64,000 nucleotides of DNA. Origin: a virus. Position 1 is the first letter of the stretch, and every line of letters begins with the position of its first letter. This document shows, piece after piece, positions 27,443 to 37,233 of this stretch. Position numbers and translations under genes: made by a program. Location: positions 1-64,000 of the IMG/VR virus record IMGVR_UViG_3300027747_001390; one strand, 5' to 3'. Below the pieces are notes generated by a model. It was not told where the DNA came from and ran no database searches. It was given only the letters and a program-made list of their open reading frames with translations.

Positions 27443-27923
27443 CATCGTCGCGGACGCCAAGACGTGGCTCGCCGACATCGGCAGCGGACAGCGGCTGCAA
27501 ACACATTCCGAGAACTGCCACCGGAGGCACTCGACGTGCCTCGTCCTCAAGCTGATCAGAGAGATCGGGCGGCTCCGTCTGCTTGTGCCTCCGATCGCCG
27601 GAACAGTTAACGAGACGACTGGCATGGACTTCATCCCGTGGAGTGTCGCGGCCTCGACGAGCCACGCCAGCTACTACTCTGCTCCGGTGCTTCCGAAGGG
27701 ATTTGAGCCGATCAGGCTCGACGGATGGATTCAAGTCAGCGACCGTCTCCCGCCAGACGGCGAGTGGGTGCTGTGGTGGAACCCTGACGACGACATCTGT
27801 CAGACGATCCTCGCTGAAAGAGACGGCAATAGCCTTGATTTCGGCGGCGACGTCAACTTACCACTCACTGGAATCACGCACTGGCGACCTCTTCCGGGTC
27901 CGCCGTCGTCGTCCGTAAAATGA
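27435..27923 (+). CDS. DUF551-like protein
   Basis: WIQVSDRLP...ITHWRPLPGPP. Confidence 0.7.
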   Translation: MSDIVADAKTWLADIGSGQRLQTHSENCHRRHSTCLVLKLIREIGRLRLLVPPIAGTVNETTGMDFIPWSVAASTSHASYYSAPVLPKGFEPIRLDGWIQVSDRLPPDGEWVLWWNPDDDICQTILAERDGNSLDFGGDVNLPLTGITHWRPLPGPPSSSVK

Positions 27924-27929
27924 ACGTAG

Positions 27930-28619
27930 ATGCCCAAGCAACAGCGAGTGAAAAAGTCTCGACCGAAGCAGCCGGTAGCCATCGAGCCGCTTCGCGACGT
28001 CGAGATCGTGCCGCTCAACCGCCAGCAAGACGCGGCATTGAAAGCCGTTGCTCGCTCGTCGATCTCGTTTCTTATTGGACCGGCCGGAACAGGCAAGACT
28101 CACCTCGCGTGCGGTTACGCCGCGCGGTGCGTGGCTGACGGTCGCTTCGAGAGAATCATCTTGACGCGTCCGATCGTCGAGGCTGGCGAGAGTCTTGGAT
28201 ACTTGCCCGGCACGTTTGAGGAAAAAGCCGCGCCGTATCTCTTGCCGATTCACGACGCGCTCGACGCCGTCGCCGGTCGCACTGGTAGACGTCGCGAGCA
28301 ACTCAGGGCGATGCTTCAGGTCGCGCCGATCGCCTACCTTCGTGGAAGAAGTTTCAACCGCTCAATCGTCATCGTCGACGAGTCTCAGAACTGCACGCTC
28401 TCGCAACTCAAGCTTGTCATCACGAGACTAGGCCGAGACTCGCAGATGATCCTGACCGGCGACCTGTCGCAGAGCGATCTTCGCACTCACGAGCAAGCTC
28501 TTGGGACGGTAGTCAACAAACTTGAAGGACTGCCGGGAGTCACCGTCTTCCGGTTCGACTCGACTGGGATTGTCCGCCATCCGATTCTCGCGGGTGTGCT
28601 GGAACGCCTAGGAAACTAG
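27930..28619 (+). CDS. phoH: PhoH-family ATPase
   Basis: GPAGTGKT, LTRP.VEAGESLGYLPG, LRGRSF, DESQN, TRLG, GD..QSD, IVRH. Confidence 0.95.
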   Translation: MPKQQRVKKSRPKQPVAIEPLRDVEIVPLNRQQDAALKAVARSSISFLIGPAGTGKTHLACGYAARCVADGRFERIILTRPIVEAGESLGYLPGTFEEKAAPYLLPIHDALDAVAGRTGRRREQLRAMLQVAPIAYLRGRSFNRSIVIVDESQNCTLSQLKLVITRLGRDSQMILTGDLSQSDLRTHEQALGTVVNKLEGLPGVTVFRFDSTGIVRHPILAGVLERLGN

Positions 28620-28634
28620 GCCTTTTCGTCTTCT

Positions 28635-28686
28635 GTGTCATAGCAGACACTTGACACTTGACATTAGGCCTACGTAGGCCTATCTT
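28635..28686 (+). promoter_or_regulatory. Promoter cassette: GTGTCATAGCA box + TTGACA-N17-TATCTT
   Basis: Spacer contains the perfect palindrome AGGCCTACGTAGGCCT. Confidence 0.75.
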
Positions 28687-28729
28687 ATGGGGGCAGTCGA
28701 TTTCAGCCTTCAACCAAAGGAACACACCA

Positions 28730-29815
28730 GTGAACACAACTCTCGCCGCCCCAGCATGGAAGTCCTACCGCGTCGGCACGATCGTCAAGCTCGACGACGG
28801 ACGCAGCTTCACGATCGACAGCATCTCGATCGTTCACACTGACCGTGGCTACAACTCCCGCCGCTTCACCCTGCGTGGCCCCGGCGGCAAGGAAGTCGTC
28901 AAGTCGAGCCGTGGCATCACCCTCTGGGTGGCTGGTCTCGAAAACGATCGCGGCGAGCCGACGCCCGCCGCCAAGCCTGTTGAGAAGCCGCCGGTCTCGC
29001 CGGTCGTCACGACGGCTGGCAAGATACAGCACGCCTACTTCGAGGCACTGCTGCGGATCGTAAGGGCACGCCGCAACTCGTGGCTTTGCGGCCCGGCGGG
29101 CAGCGGTAAGACGACGTCTGCCAGCGAGGTGGCGAAGCTTCTCGGGCTGCGATTCTTTGCTAAGTCTGTCGGTCCGCAGGTGACCGAGTCGAGCCTGATT
29201 GGCTATCAGGACGCCAACGGTAGGACTGTCCGGACTCAGCTTCGCGAGGCGTTCGAGTTTGGCGGCGTGTTCCTCCTCGACGAGGTCGATGCCGCCAGCC
29301 CGGCGGTTTTGGTCGTCATCAACGCCCTGTTAGCCAACGGCGAGGCTTCCTTCCCCGACGTCGTCGTCGAGAAGCATCCGGATTTCGTCTTGATTGCCGG
29401 TGCCAACACGATCGGCCTCGGCGCGGATCGCCAGTACGTTGGACGTCAGCAGATCGACGCTGCCACCCTCGACCGCTTCGTCCTGCTCGACTGGCCCTAC
29501 GATCCCCGGATCGAGGCGGCTGCGGCTGGCGTGGACGTGTCGGCTGTGTCGAAGTCGGCCTGCCCGTCCCCGTTCCGATTCGAGAGCGAGGACGGTGCTG
29601 AGGCTCGTTGCTACGAGTACGTTCAGAAGGTGGTCGCGATCCGCAATGCGGTCTCCACCTTCGGCAAGGCCGTCCGCGTGATCATCAGTCCCCGCGCCTC
29701 GATCAACGGAACGGCCCTGATCCGGCAGGGCTTCTCGATTAACGACGCCCTGACCCTTTGCGTCTGGAAAGGTCTGGATACGGACACCCGCTCGAAGATC
29801 GAGGGGGCTTGCTAA
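28730..29815 (+). CDS. MoxR/CbbQ-like AAA+ ATPase
   Basis: GPAGSGKT, LLDEVD, HPDF..IA.AN, DAATLDRF, SPRA. Confidence 0.88.
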   Translation: MNTTLAAPAWKSYRVGTIVKLDDGRSFTIDSISIVHTDRGYNSRRFTLRGPGGKEVVKSSRGITLWVAGLENDRGEPTPAAKPVEKPPVSPVVTTAGKIQHAYFEALLRIVRARRNSWLCGPAGSGKTTSASEVAKLLGLRFFAKSVGPQVTESSLIGYQDANGRTVRTQLREAFEFGGVFLLDEVDAASPAVLVVINALLANGEASFPDVVVEKHPDFVLIAGANTIGLGADRQYVGRQQIDAATLDRFVLLDWPYDPRIEAAAAGVDVSAVSKSACPSPFRFESEDGAEARCYEYVQKVVAIRNAVSTFGKAVRVIISPRASINGTALIRQGFSINDALTLCVWKGLDTDTRSKIEGAC

Positions 29816-29837
29816 TCCGCCGACGTCCGCTTATACT
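29809..29837 (+). promoter_or_regulatory. sigma70-like promoter TTGCTA-N17-TATACT
   Basis: Shares the AATCCGCC spacer start with other cassettes. Confidence 0.55.
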
Positions 29838-29871
29838 CAACAGCCACCACCAACCCCCCGGAGACTTACCA

Positions 29872-30696
29872 GTGAAGAAGATCACAACCGCTCGATTCGA
29901 TTCTTGGGAAGAGTTCGTCGCCTCAGCCGAGAAGAGTTCCTATCGAGGATGGGACGCAGGCCACAGCAAAGGCAACGAGCCTTTCTACGGTACCTACAGT
30001 TTTGGGGAAGCCGCGAAGCTGGCCCGCGACGGCTGGGCCGAGGGTGCCGCCAGAGTTCAGAGCATCCGCGCCAGTCTGGGCGAGGTTATCAGCACGCTCG
30101 TGGCGGCTCGCGCCGAGTCGATCGGCTATGACGTCGCAGGAGACTACGTGGACGTCGGTCGATTTCTCGGAGGGGAGCCGGAGTGCTTCGGGGTCCGGGT
30201 GTGCGACGAGTCTCAGTCGAAGCCAGTCGTCAGGATCAACGTCAACACCGCAGTCAGTGCCTCCGTCTCGGCGTCTGCCATCTTCGGTCGCGGTGCGGCG
30301 ATCCTTGCCGCGATCGACGTGATCGAGGCCACTGGGAGCCGCGTCGAGGTCTGGGCGGTCAACGGCAACGTGAACAACAAAGGCAATCACGTCCACGAGA
30401 CCTACGCGTTGATCAAGTCTGCGAGCCAGCCGCTCGACATCGACCGCCTTGCGTTTGCGTTCTGCCACCAGAGCAGCCACAGGAGGTTGGCGTTCTCTGT
30501 TTTTGAGCATTACGGCATCAGGGCTGGCGAGTCATGCCCTCACGACGTGAGCATCACTGAGGGTATCAACACCCGCCCAGCCCGCCGCTCGCAGACTTTC
30601 ACCCGTCAGGAATTGCTCGAAGAGATCAAGTGGATTTGCGATCAGGCCGGAGTGTGCATCTCGCAGGAAGAGATCGACGCTCTGGCTGTTGCCTGA
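29872..30696 (+). CDS. vWA-like partner of the AAA ATPase
   Basis: DVGRFLGGEPECF; adjacent to a MoxR-type ATPase. Confidence 0.6.
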   Translation: MKKITTARFDSWEEFVASAEKSSYRGWDAGHSKGNEPFYGTYSFGEAAKLARDGWAEGAARVQSIRASLGEVISTLVAARAESIGYDVAGDYVDVGRFLGGEPECFGVRVCDESQSKPVVRINVNTAVSASVSASAIFGRGAAILAAIDVIEATGSRVEVWAVNGNVNNKGNHVHETYALIKSASQPLDIDRLAFAFCHQSSHRRLAFSVFEHYGIRAGESCPHDVSITEGINTRPARRSQTFTRQELLEEIKWICDQAGVCISQEEIDALAVA

Positions 30697-30736
30697 TTGT
30701 TTGGATACCATCACCCCCAACGAAAGAGACAGTGGA

Positions 30737-31231
30737 ATGAGCCTGATCAAGTTCATCGAAGCCGCTGAGTCTCACGGCTGGCATCACGAGCCAAGCGGTG
30801 CCCGCAGCGAGACTGGCGGCTGGACGCCAAACCCGGCAGCGATCACGTGGGGTTGCGGGCACTAACCGACGCTCGTGCGTGGTGCGGTGCGTGTCGCGAT
30901 CGAGAACATCGACCTCTACTACCACAACGGACGCGCGTGGCGTGGAGACCCAACCGTGCAGCCTGACGATCGAGTCACGCTGGCAGCGATCATCGTTGAC
31001 GGCGAGAGCCGGAGGCAAGGGCTGGCGACGGAGGCGATGAAAGACTTGCAGTCGATCGCTGCGAGTCTAGGCATGGAGATCAATCTCGAAGTCGCACCGA
31101 TGGGTGCGTTCAAGGCGAAGGGCAAGAGGACGATCGAGACGCGAAGTCTGATTCGGTGGTACAAGTCCCTTGGGTTCCAGCCAGCGTGGCCGGGCGAGGG
31201 CGAGACCATACTCGTATGGAGGGCAACGTGA
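30737..31231 (+). pseudogene. GNAT-like acetyltransferase interrupted by one in-frame TAA at 30863 (or two separate ORFs)
   Basis: ATG 30737 and ORF 30875 share a frame; RRQGLAT, WYKSLGF. Confidence 0.5.
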
Positions 31232-31479
31232 TGCACCAGATCAAACCGACGACATCGTTCGCAGGGACGCCGCGTGACCGGATGGCAGACGCACTGGCGT
31301 CAGTCGCGAACGCTCTCGAAGCGGCTCAGCGGCTCATGGGAGAGGCAACTCCCAACGGGCGAGACTACCATGATCAATCGCAGTGGGCGATCGATCGCAA
31401 GGAGTCGGATCGTCGCATCCGGCTCGTCGAGGAGTTGGCGAGGCAATACTGGACCGAGGCCATGGAGGTGCAAGAATGA
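31231..31479 (+). CDS. Hypothetical protein
   Basis: PNGRDY; GGAGG RBS. Confidence 0.65.
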   Translation: MHQIKPTTSFAGTPRDRMADALASVANALEAAQRLMGEATPNGRDYHDQSQWAIDRKESDRRIRLVEELARQYWTEAMEVQE

Positions 31480-31703
31480 TCAAGAGTCAAGCGACGATCT
31501 GCAAGGAGGTCTACGAATACTTCCTGAAGCACGGCCTCGTCTGCGAGAACGGCGAACGCCGCACTGCCAGCATGGGGACGGCGAGCAACGCGTTTGTCGT
31601 CGCCTACGAGACGGGCAAGATTCACATCGCGGTGCGGAAGGGATCGGCGGCTCACGCGGCGGCACGGGCCGGGCTCAAGCTGAGGAAGGAGGCGCAAGAG
31701 TGA
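31476..31703 (+). CDS. Hypothetical protein
   Basis: GGAGG RBS; ATGA overlap. Confidence 0.6.
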   Translation: MIKSQATICKEVYEYFLKHGLVCENGERRTASMGTASNAFVVAYETGKIHIAVRKGSAAHAAARAGLKLRKEAQE

Positions 31704-31915
31704 GAAAGACTGGAGACGCCGTCGACTGCCACCTCTGCGGGCGTGCCGTGACGGTCGTCCGCAGCGGCGTGAGCGGCAGACTGGCAAGGCACAAGTGCCC
31801 GCACGGCACGTGGTGCCAAGCCAGTCTCAGGGGGTGCTGGAGCAAGCGGCGATCGACCGTCTGCCGGGAGTGTCGACAGACCTGTCCGGGGGCAAGCCTC
31901 GAAAAACAGGCCTAA
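31700..31915 (+). CDS. Cys-rich Zn-finger-like protein
   Basis: CHLC, CREC; AGGAGG RBS. Confidence 0.5.
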   Translation: MRKTGDAVDCHLCGRAVTVVRSGVSGRLARHKCPHGTWCQASLRGCWSKRRSTVCRECRQTCPGASLEKQA

Positions 31916-31923
31916 AAATCCGT

Positions 31924-31975
31924 GTGTCATAGCAGGATTTTTCCCCTTGCCAATCCGCCTAGGTTGCCCTATACT
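31924..31975 (+). promoter_or_regulatory. Promoter cassette: GTGTCATAGCA + TTGCCA-N17-TATACT
   Basis: Spacer ATCCGCCTAGGTTGCCC. Confidence 0.8.
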
Positions 31976-32018
31976 GCAAGGGCACAGACGAGACACCAGC
32001 CACAAAGGAGCCGCCACA

Positions 32019-33008
32019 ATGACCAACCTCAGCAACCTCTCGCCGGTCGCCGCCGACACGCTCTACGTGGAGCGGCTCGCCGCCCGAAGCACGGCTGCAT
32101 TCTACGCCAAGCAGGATGAAGACTCTCTGGTGTACCTCTTCGGCCGGGGAGTCTACGTGAAGGGCGACCGTCGCTCTGGACCGACGCACGTCTACGTTCA
32201 CCCAGACGCCCCGATCGCCGCCGGAGATGGCTGGCACCACAACCCCCTGCCGACTCTGGGGGACGTTCAGCCGCTCAAGGCCTATCAGGTCGTCGAGGCC
32301 TTCATCACCGGCCATCCCAAGGCCGCAGGCTACGGCGACCTGATCAAGGCCTACGGCAACGCCGAGGGGCGTCTCGCCGAGGCACGTCTTGCCGTCCAAG
32401 AGTCCGAAAACGACTACCGAAGCCGCCCGTGGGCACGCTACTTCCTCGTGACCTCCAGCGACGGCCACATTCACGCCTCGACCGGCTGCTCGACGTGCAA
32501 CAAGGGCCGGGAGCCGACCGGCTTCGCCCTCGTCCCCTACCTCAGCGGCGCGGCCCCAGCGGACGCCGTCGCAGACCTTGGCCCGGCTCTGTGCAGCGTG
32601 TGCTTCCCAGAGGCTCCCGTCGAGGACAAGGAGCAGGCTACGATCCCGGCCCGGCTTGCACTGGCTCTCAAGGAGCAAGGCTCCGAGGCCTTCCAGCAGG
32701 CCCGTCAGGAGGCCTCCGCCAAGGCCAAGTCCAAGGCGGCTGATCGCTGCCCCGGCAGCGGCGAGCGGGTCCAGATCGGCAAGCACGGCTACGTGAAGTG
32801 CCCGTCCTGCGGCTGGTCGTGCCGCTCCTCGACCGGGAAGGTCGCCGCCCACCGCCGCCCCCGGTTCTACGCCGTGCAGGCGGTCGAATACGGCAACGAC
32901 AAGTTCTGGACCGGCACCGGCTGGGGGCCGTCGACCAAGAAGGTCGCCTTCGAGAGCCGGGAGGCGGCTCTGGCGATCGAGGGTGCGACGGAGGCCCGGA
33001 AAGACTGA
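32019..33008 (+). CDS. Zn-binding early protein
   Basis: GHIH..CSTC...LCSVCFP; CPSC; AAAGGAG RBS. Confidence 0.75.
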   Translation: MTNLSNLSPVAADTLYVERLAARSTAAFYAKQDEDSLVYLFGRGVYVKGDRRSGPTHVYVHPDAPIAAGDGWHHNPLPTLGDVQPLKAYQVVEAFITGHPKAAGYGDLIKAYGNAEGRLAEARLAVQESENDYRSRPWARYFLVTSSDGHIHASTGCSTCNKGREPTGFALVPYLSGAAPADAVADLGPALCSVCFPEAPVEDKEQATIPARLALALKEQGSEAFQQARQEASAKAKSKAADRCPGSGERVQIGKHGYVKCPSCGWSCRSSTGKVAAHRRPRFYAVQAVEYGNDKFWTGTGWGPSTKKVAFESREAALAIEGATEARKD

Positions 33009-33011
33009 TCC

Positions 33012-33052
33012 GTGTCATAGCATTTGACAATCGGCCTAGGTTGCCCTATACT
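33012..33052 (+). promoter_or_regulatory. Promoter cassette: GTGTCATAGCA + TTGACA-N17-TATACT
   Basis: Spacer ATCGGCCTAGGTTGCCC. Confidence 0.85.
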
Positions 33053-33096
33053 TGGGGCTCAGAGATCGAGACACCAGACACGAGGAGACGCGAGAC

Positions 33097-33459
33097 ATGA
33101 ACGAGAACAAGACCAGCCAGCAATCGATCCACGAGGGCATCGAAGCCTACAACCGCGAACACCGCGAGCGTGAGAAGCGTGAGTTTTTTGCTTGGGCTTT
33201 GCCAAGACTGCTGGCGAGGCTTGGCGAAACCGACAAACTTTTGGGGCAGGCGGGCGGCGATCGCCCGGAGGTTGCCCGCCAGCAAGCCCGCAATCGCGAC
33301 GCTATCGCCGCCGCCGGGGCGGACGCCGAAGGGCTTCTCGCAAGGCTGCGGGAGTCAGACAAACTGCTCTGGAAGATTCGCCCGGCCGACCGTCGCAGCA
33401 GGCTCAGGCTCGCCATTCTGGGGCAGTGCCAGCGAAACGAAAGCTTGATTGAATATTGA
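33097..33459 (+). CDS. Hypothetical protein with an internal repeat
   Basis: LLARLGETDKLL / LLARLRESDKLL; GAGGAG RBS. Confidence 0.65.
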   Translation: MNENKTSQQSIHEGIEAYNREHREREKREFFAWALPRLLARLGETDKLLGQAGGDRPEVARQQARNRDAIAAAGADAEGLLARLRESDKLLWKIRPADRRSRLRLAILGQCQRNESLIEY

Positions 33460-33531
33460 ATGACCCGTCTTTCACCGTCCAACTTGTCCGGATACACTCG
33501 CCACCCCCCCAAGACTCAAGGAGACTCACCA

Positions 33532-33762
33532 GTGAAGAACAAAAGCAGCCAGCAACGGATCGCGGAAGCCGCCCTGAAGTACGCACACAACACGACCAAC
33601 GGCATCCTTCACGACAGCCTCTTGGAGAGCATTGCCCTTGGGCAAGTCTCAGTGTGGGTCGAGCAGCAGGACGATTGCATCTCGCCAGAGCGGATCGTGT
33701 TCGTCGCCCGCGAGGCCTGCAAACTGATTCGCAACCACTACCGGATTCTCGCCAGTCTCTAG
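33532..33762 (+). CDS. Hypothetical protein
   Basis: AAGGAG RBS, ACCA-GTG start. Confidence 0.6.
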   Translation: MKNKSSQQRIAEAALKYAHNTTNGILHDSLLESIALGQVSVWVEQQDDCISPERIVFVAREACKLIRNHYRILASL

Positions 33763-33795
33763 TCTGGATACCATCACCCGAAAGGAACCCAACCC

Positions 33796-34143
33796 GTGAA
33801 CACCATCAACAAGCCAGACGGCAGAGTGCATCGTCATCCCAACGGCGGCTACACGCTCGCGTGTGCGACATTCCTCGACGGCAAGCTTGCCACTGTGAAC
33901 TACCGGACGATCAAAGGCCTCTGCGGAGGAGGCCAAAGACCCTACTGGGTGACTGAGGCCACCGTGGCCTTCTACGAAGGCGACGGGACTCAGTACCCGG
34001 TTCACACGAGCAAGCACGGCCTGCGGACGGTCAAGAACGGATTCACCAAGAAGCAGGCACTCGACGTGTTTCACATCGGTCACGAAGGCTTTGTACTGCG
34101 GGGCGACGTCGCCGTGCGGGCAAAGTTTGCACACCCAGAATGA
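33796..34143 (+). CDS. Hypothetical protein
   Basis: AAAGGA RBS. Confidence 0.65.
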   Translation: MNTINKPDGRVHRHPNGGYTLACATFLDGKLATVNYRTIKGLCGGGQRPYWVTEATVAFYEGDGTQYPVHTSKHGLRTVKNGFTKKQALDVFHIGHEGFVLRGDVAVRAKFAHPE

Positions 34144-34157
34144 AAGGAACCCCACCA

Positions 34158-34331
34158 GTGACGCTCTTCATCAAGATCGATACCGACAACGCAGCGTTCG
34201 AGAACCCGCGAGAGATCGAGCGGTGCCTCGCGAAAGTCTACGACGACATCAGAGAACAGCCGGGCGTAGCTCAGAGCGGAGCCATCCGCGACTACAACGG
34301 CAACACCGTCGGCCAGTGGCAGCTTCAGTAG
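34158..34331 (+). CDS. Conserved small phage protein
   Basis: I.TDNAAF...IRDYNGNTVGQW. Confidence 0.7.
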   Translation: MTLFIKIDTDNAAFENPREIERCLAKVYDDIREQPGVAQSGAIRDYNGNTVGQWQLQ

Positions 34332-34360
34332 TACGGACTTAATCACCCGAAAGGAACCCC

Positions 34361-34765
34361 ATGACACACAAACAAGCCAAGCTGCACGCGGAACACTTCT
34401 CGTGCGTGACGCGTTCGGACTACGGCATCGCAAGGAACGCGTTCGGAGGATGCTCCGTCTTCATCCTGCCTCCCGAGAAGGACAGGAGCGGATCGGAGCT
34501 TCTCTGCGAGGTCGTTCGCTACGCCGATATCGGGCCGCAGACTCGCGAGAAGCATCTGTCGCTCGATCAACTTCACGGAGATCACTGGAGTTGGCACTGG
34601 CACGTCCCCGAGACTCTCGGCGAGTCTGCGGACCTGAACCAGACCGACATCCCCGGACTGTGCCTGACGGCGGTCTGCCAGTTGCTCGACGAGGGCAAGA
34701 TCACGATCGCCGACGTGGATGGTGCATACACCCGATCGAAGGAGCGTGCATCTTCAAAGTTGTGA
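34361..34765 (+). CDS. Hypothetical protein
   Basis: AAAGGA RBS. Confidence 0.65.
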   Translation: MTHKQAKLHAEHFSCVTRSDYGIARNAFGGCSVFILPPEKDRSGSELLCEVVRYADIGPQTREKHLSLDQLHGDHWSWHWHVPETLGESADLNQTDIPGLCLTAVCQLLDEGKITIADVDGAYTRSKERASSKL

Positions 34766-34844
34766 ACCCGGAACTCCTGAGACTTGCCACCGTGGCGACA
34801 GTCCAACTTCGACAGGTCACTCTCAAGAAGAAAGAGGTGCTGAA

Positions 34845-35123
34845 GTGAAACCATTCTGCGTCAGTTCAAATTGGATCGCCTACGCTCACGGCCCGGCAGC
34901 GGACGACCGCCAGCCGTCGGCAGTCGAACTCTGCGACTTGATCACGGAGCGAGACTATGTGCTGGTGCCCGGCGACCGGCTCGACCTCATCAGGGAGATC
35001 ATCGACGTGGCAGGCCTCTACACGTCTGCCTACGGCGGCGACCGCGAGGAGAAGCTTCAGGCGGCACGGGCGAGGCAGTTGATTCAACGGGCGTGCAAGT
35101 ACATCGAGGAGACAAGCAAATGA
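34845..35123 (+). CDS. Hypothetical protein
   Basis: GAGG RBS; coupled. Confidence 0.55.
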   Translation: MKPFCVSSNWIAYAHGPAADDRQPSAVELCDLITERDYVLVPGDRLDLIREIIDVAGLYTSAYGGDREEKLQAARARQLIQRACKYIEETSK

Positions 35124-35401
35124 CTCAGATCGACATCGGTCAGGTTGTAGCCACTCGCGGAGTGGCGGAGTGGGTCGAGGAAAAGCCGGTCGAGCGGCGG
35201 ATTGGCGCGGGCCGGGCGTTGCAGCAGCACCAGTCTGGAGACTGGGGCAAGGTCTGCCAAGAGGACAAGGCGACAAACGACGAGGCATTGAGTGAGGGCA
35301 ACCGTCTGCTCTCGTGCTACGAGATCGACGGTCGCGACGTGTGGGTGATTACCGAGTGGGATCGCAGCGTGACCACCATTCTTTTTCCGGAGGAATACTG
35401 A
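35120..35401 (+). CDS. Conserved plasmid/phage small protein
   Basis: GDWG..C.ED..ND.AL..G.RLLS.Y...ITEWDRSVTTILFPEEY. Confidence 0.8.
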   Translation: MTQIDIGQVVATRGVAEWVEEKPVERRIGAGRALQQHQSGDWGKVCQEDKATNDEALSEGNRLLSCYEIDGRDVWVITEWDRSVTTILFPEEY

Positions 35402-35841
35402 TGACCATCAACAGCGTGATCGAGCGGCTGATCGCCGTCGTCACCCGCGACGGGCAGGAAGTCGAGTGGTTCGCGAGCGAGAAGGACGCGTCAGCGTTTG
35501 TGCAGCACGTCTACGGCCTGTCTCCCTACGATCTGATCGGCCACCCCAGCGTGGCGATCGGCGGGATCAGGGAGCCCCGCGCGGGTGATCTGGTCAAGAC
35601 TCTGGAGGGGATCGCGATGCTGTGCGGAGACGGGCGGGCGACACTCAACGCCCGGACGTTCCGCGCGGGGGCGCGAGTCTCGTGTTCAGGAGGCCCGGAC
35701 GTGCCCGTAGACGTCGATCGGCTGCGGCTGGTGGGTCTGGAGAGGGTCCAAGTCTGGCGGTGGGCAGACGGCTACCCAGCGGCTCACAACGACGGCTACT
35801 ACGGCGTCACGGTGCCCGTCTGGGAGGAGGCAAAAACATGA
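35401..35841 (+). CDS. Hypothetical protein
   Basis: GGAGG RBS. Confidence 0.6.
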   Translation: MTINSVIERLIAVVTRDGQEVEWFASEKDASAFVQHVYGLSPYDLIGHPSVAIGGIREPRAGDLVKTLEGIAMLCGDGRATLNARTFRAGARVSCSGGPDVPVDVDRLRLVGLERVQVWRWADGYPAAHNDGYYGVTVPVWEEAKT

Positions 35842-35960
35842 ACCGGATCATCGAGACCTTGCTCCTGATCCGGCTGGGGCAGGAACTGGGGACGGACAGC
35901 CCGCTTGCCCGAGCCGTTGCAGAAGTGCTGGAGTTGGCCGTAAAACAGGGCTTTTTCTGA
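35838..35960 (+). CDS. 40-aa hypothetical protein
   Basis: GGAGGAGG RBS; LLLIRLGQELG. Confidence 0.5.
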   Translation: MNRIIETLLLIRLGQELGTDSPLARAVAEVLELAVKQGFF

Positions 35961-35963
35961 ACT

Positions 35964-36003
35964 GTGTCATAGCACTTGCAATTCGCCTAGGTTGCCCTAT
36001 AAT
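35964..36003 (+). promoter_or_regulatory. Promoter cassette: GTGTCATAGCA + TTGCAA-N16-TATAAT
   Basis: Spacer TTCGCCTAGGTTGCCC. Confidence 0.8.
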
Positions 36004-36047
36004 GCAGGGGTCGAGACGAGACACCACGAACCACGAGGAGATCACCA

Positions 36048-36788
36048 GTGAACGCCACCGCCACCAACTACACCGTCGATCAGGCCTTCGCCGCCCTTGA
36101 CGCTCTCAAGGCAATCAAGCCCAAGCACGATGCCATCTCGTCCGAGAGGGGCGGGTTTGTGTTCTGCCCGGACGCTCAAGTGTCTGCCGCTTATGTTGCC
36201 GCTGGCAAGCGGCTCTTCGAGGTCGCCAACTACTTCTACGCCACTTTGACCGGCTTCAAGACTCTCAACGATTGCCTCGACGCTCAGGGGCACGGCTACC
36301 GTCCGACCTTCAACGAGGACGGCGGCAAGGATCGCGAGACGGTGTTTCTCGCCGAGGTCTACGATCTCATCGCTGAGGCTCGTGGGCTGGCTCTCCGGGC
36401 CTACCGTCCGCAGCAGGCCAAGCCGGAGCCCAAGCCCGCCCTGACGCTCCAGTCGCTCAAGGCGAACCTCAAGCACCTCCGAGACGAGGCCCATCGCGAC
36501 ACCAAGTCGATCGACGCACGGTTCTTCCGTTCGAGCGGCACCGAGGTTCGATTCGGCGGCGATGCCGACGTCGACTACTGCTTCGTTGGAGAGTGGAATG
36601 GCACTCTCAAGCAACTCAAGAGTCTGGCCGAGGACTGCCGGAGCCGGGGCGGCAAGGTCGTGAGCCTCAGCGGGCACTGGAAGTGCGGCGACAACCTCGA
36701 AGACATCTTCGACCCGACCGACTGCGAGTGGGAAGTCAACCTGACCCCGGACGAGATTCTGAACATCGGCAGGCGGTCTGCGTCATAG
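36048..36788 (+). CDS. Hypothetical early protein
   Basis: GAGGAG RBS; first gene after a promoter cassette. Confidence 0.7.
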   Translation: MNATATNYTVDQAFAALDALKAIKPKHDAISSERGGFVFCPDAQVSAAYVAAGKRLFEVANYFYATLTGFKTLNDCLDAQGHGYRPTFNEDGGKDRETVFLAEVYDLIAEARGLALRAYRPQQAKPEPKPALTLQSLKANLKHLRDEAHRDTKSIDARFFRSSGTEVRFGGDADVDYCFVGEWNGTLKQLKSLAEDCRSRGGKVVSLSGHWKCGDNLEDIFDPTDCEWEVNLTPDEILNIGRRSAS

Positions 36789-36885
36789 CACTTGCCAATC
36801 TGCCTACATCCGCTGTGACCAAGACCTCTCGTCATGGATCGATTCCTGAGCATTGCCCATCACCACCAACCCGAGGAGACGACCA

Positions 36886-37233
36886 GTGAACATCATCACC
36901 CCCGAGATCGAGACCGAAGCCGCCCTTTACGCTGAGGGCACGAAGTACACCAAGGCGGACATCATCGCTGAGTATCGCGCGCACGTCCGACGCGCCGCCG
37001 AGGACGGCGTCGAGCATCTCGACATTCAGCGGTTCTGCGAGGGCGTGCTGTGTATCGGTCAGCGTGAGTATCAGATCGCGTTCGTGAAGGCGGACGGATC
37101 GTTCGACGTGGTTCAGACGCTTCTGGCTGGCAACGACGAGGAGGCAAACGACTACGCCTCGCACGCCTACGCCGGTCGCGAGTGGTTCGTGTTGGACGAG
37201 AACGGCAACAACATCAACGGAGGTGACCAGTGA
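36886..37233 (+). CDS. Hypothetical protein
   Basis: GAGGAG RBS. Confidence 0.65.
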   Translation: MNIITPEIETEAALYAEGTKYTKADIIAEYRAHVRRAAEDGVEHLDIQRFCEGVLCIGQREYQIAFVKADGSFDVVQTLLAGNDEEANDYASHAYAGREWFVLDENGNNINGGDQ

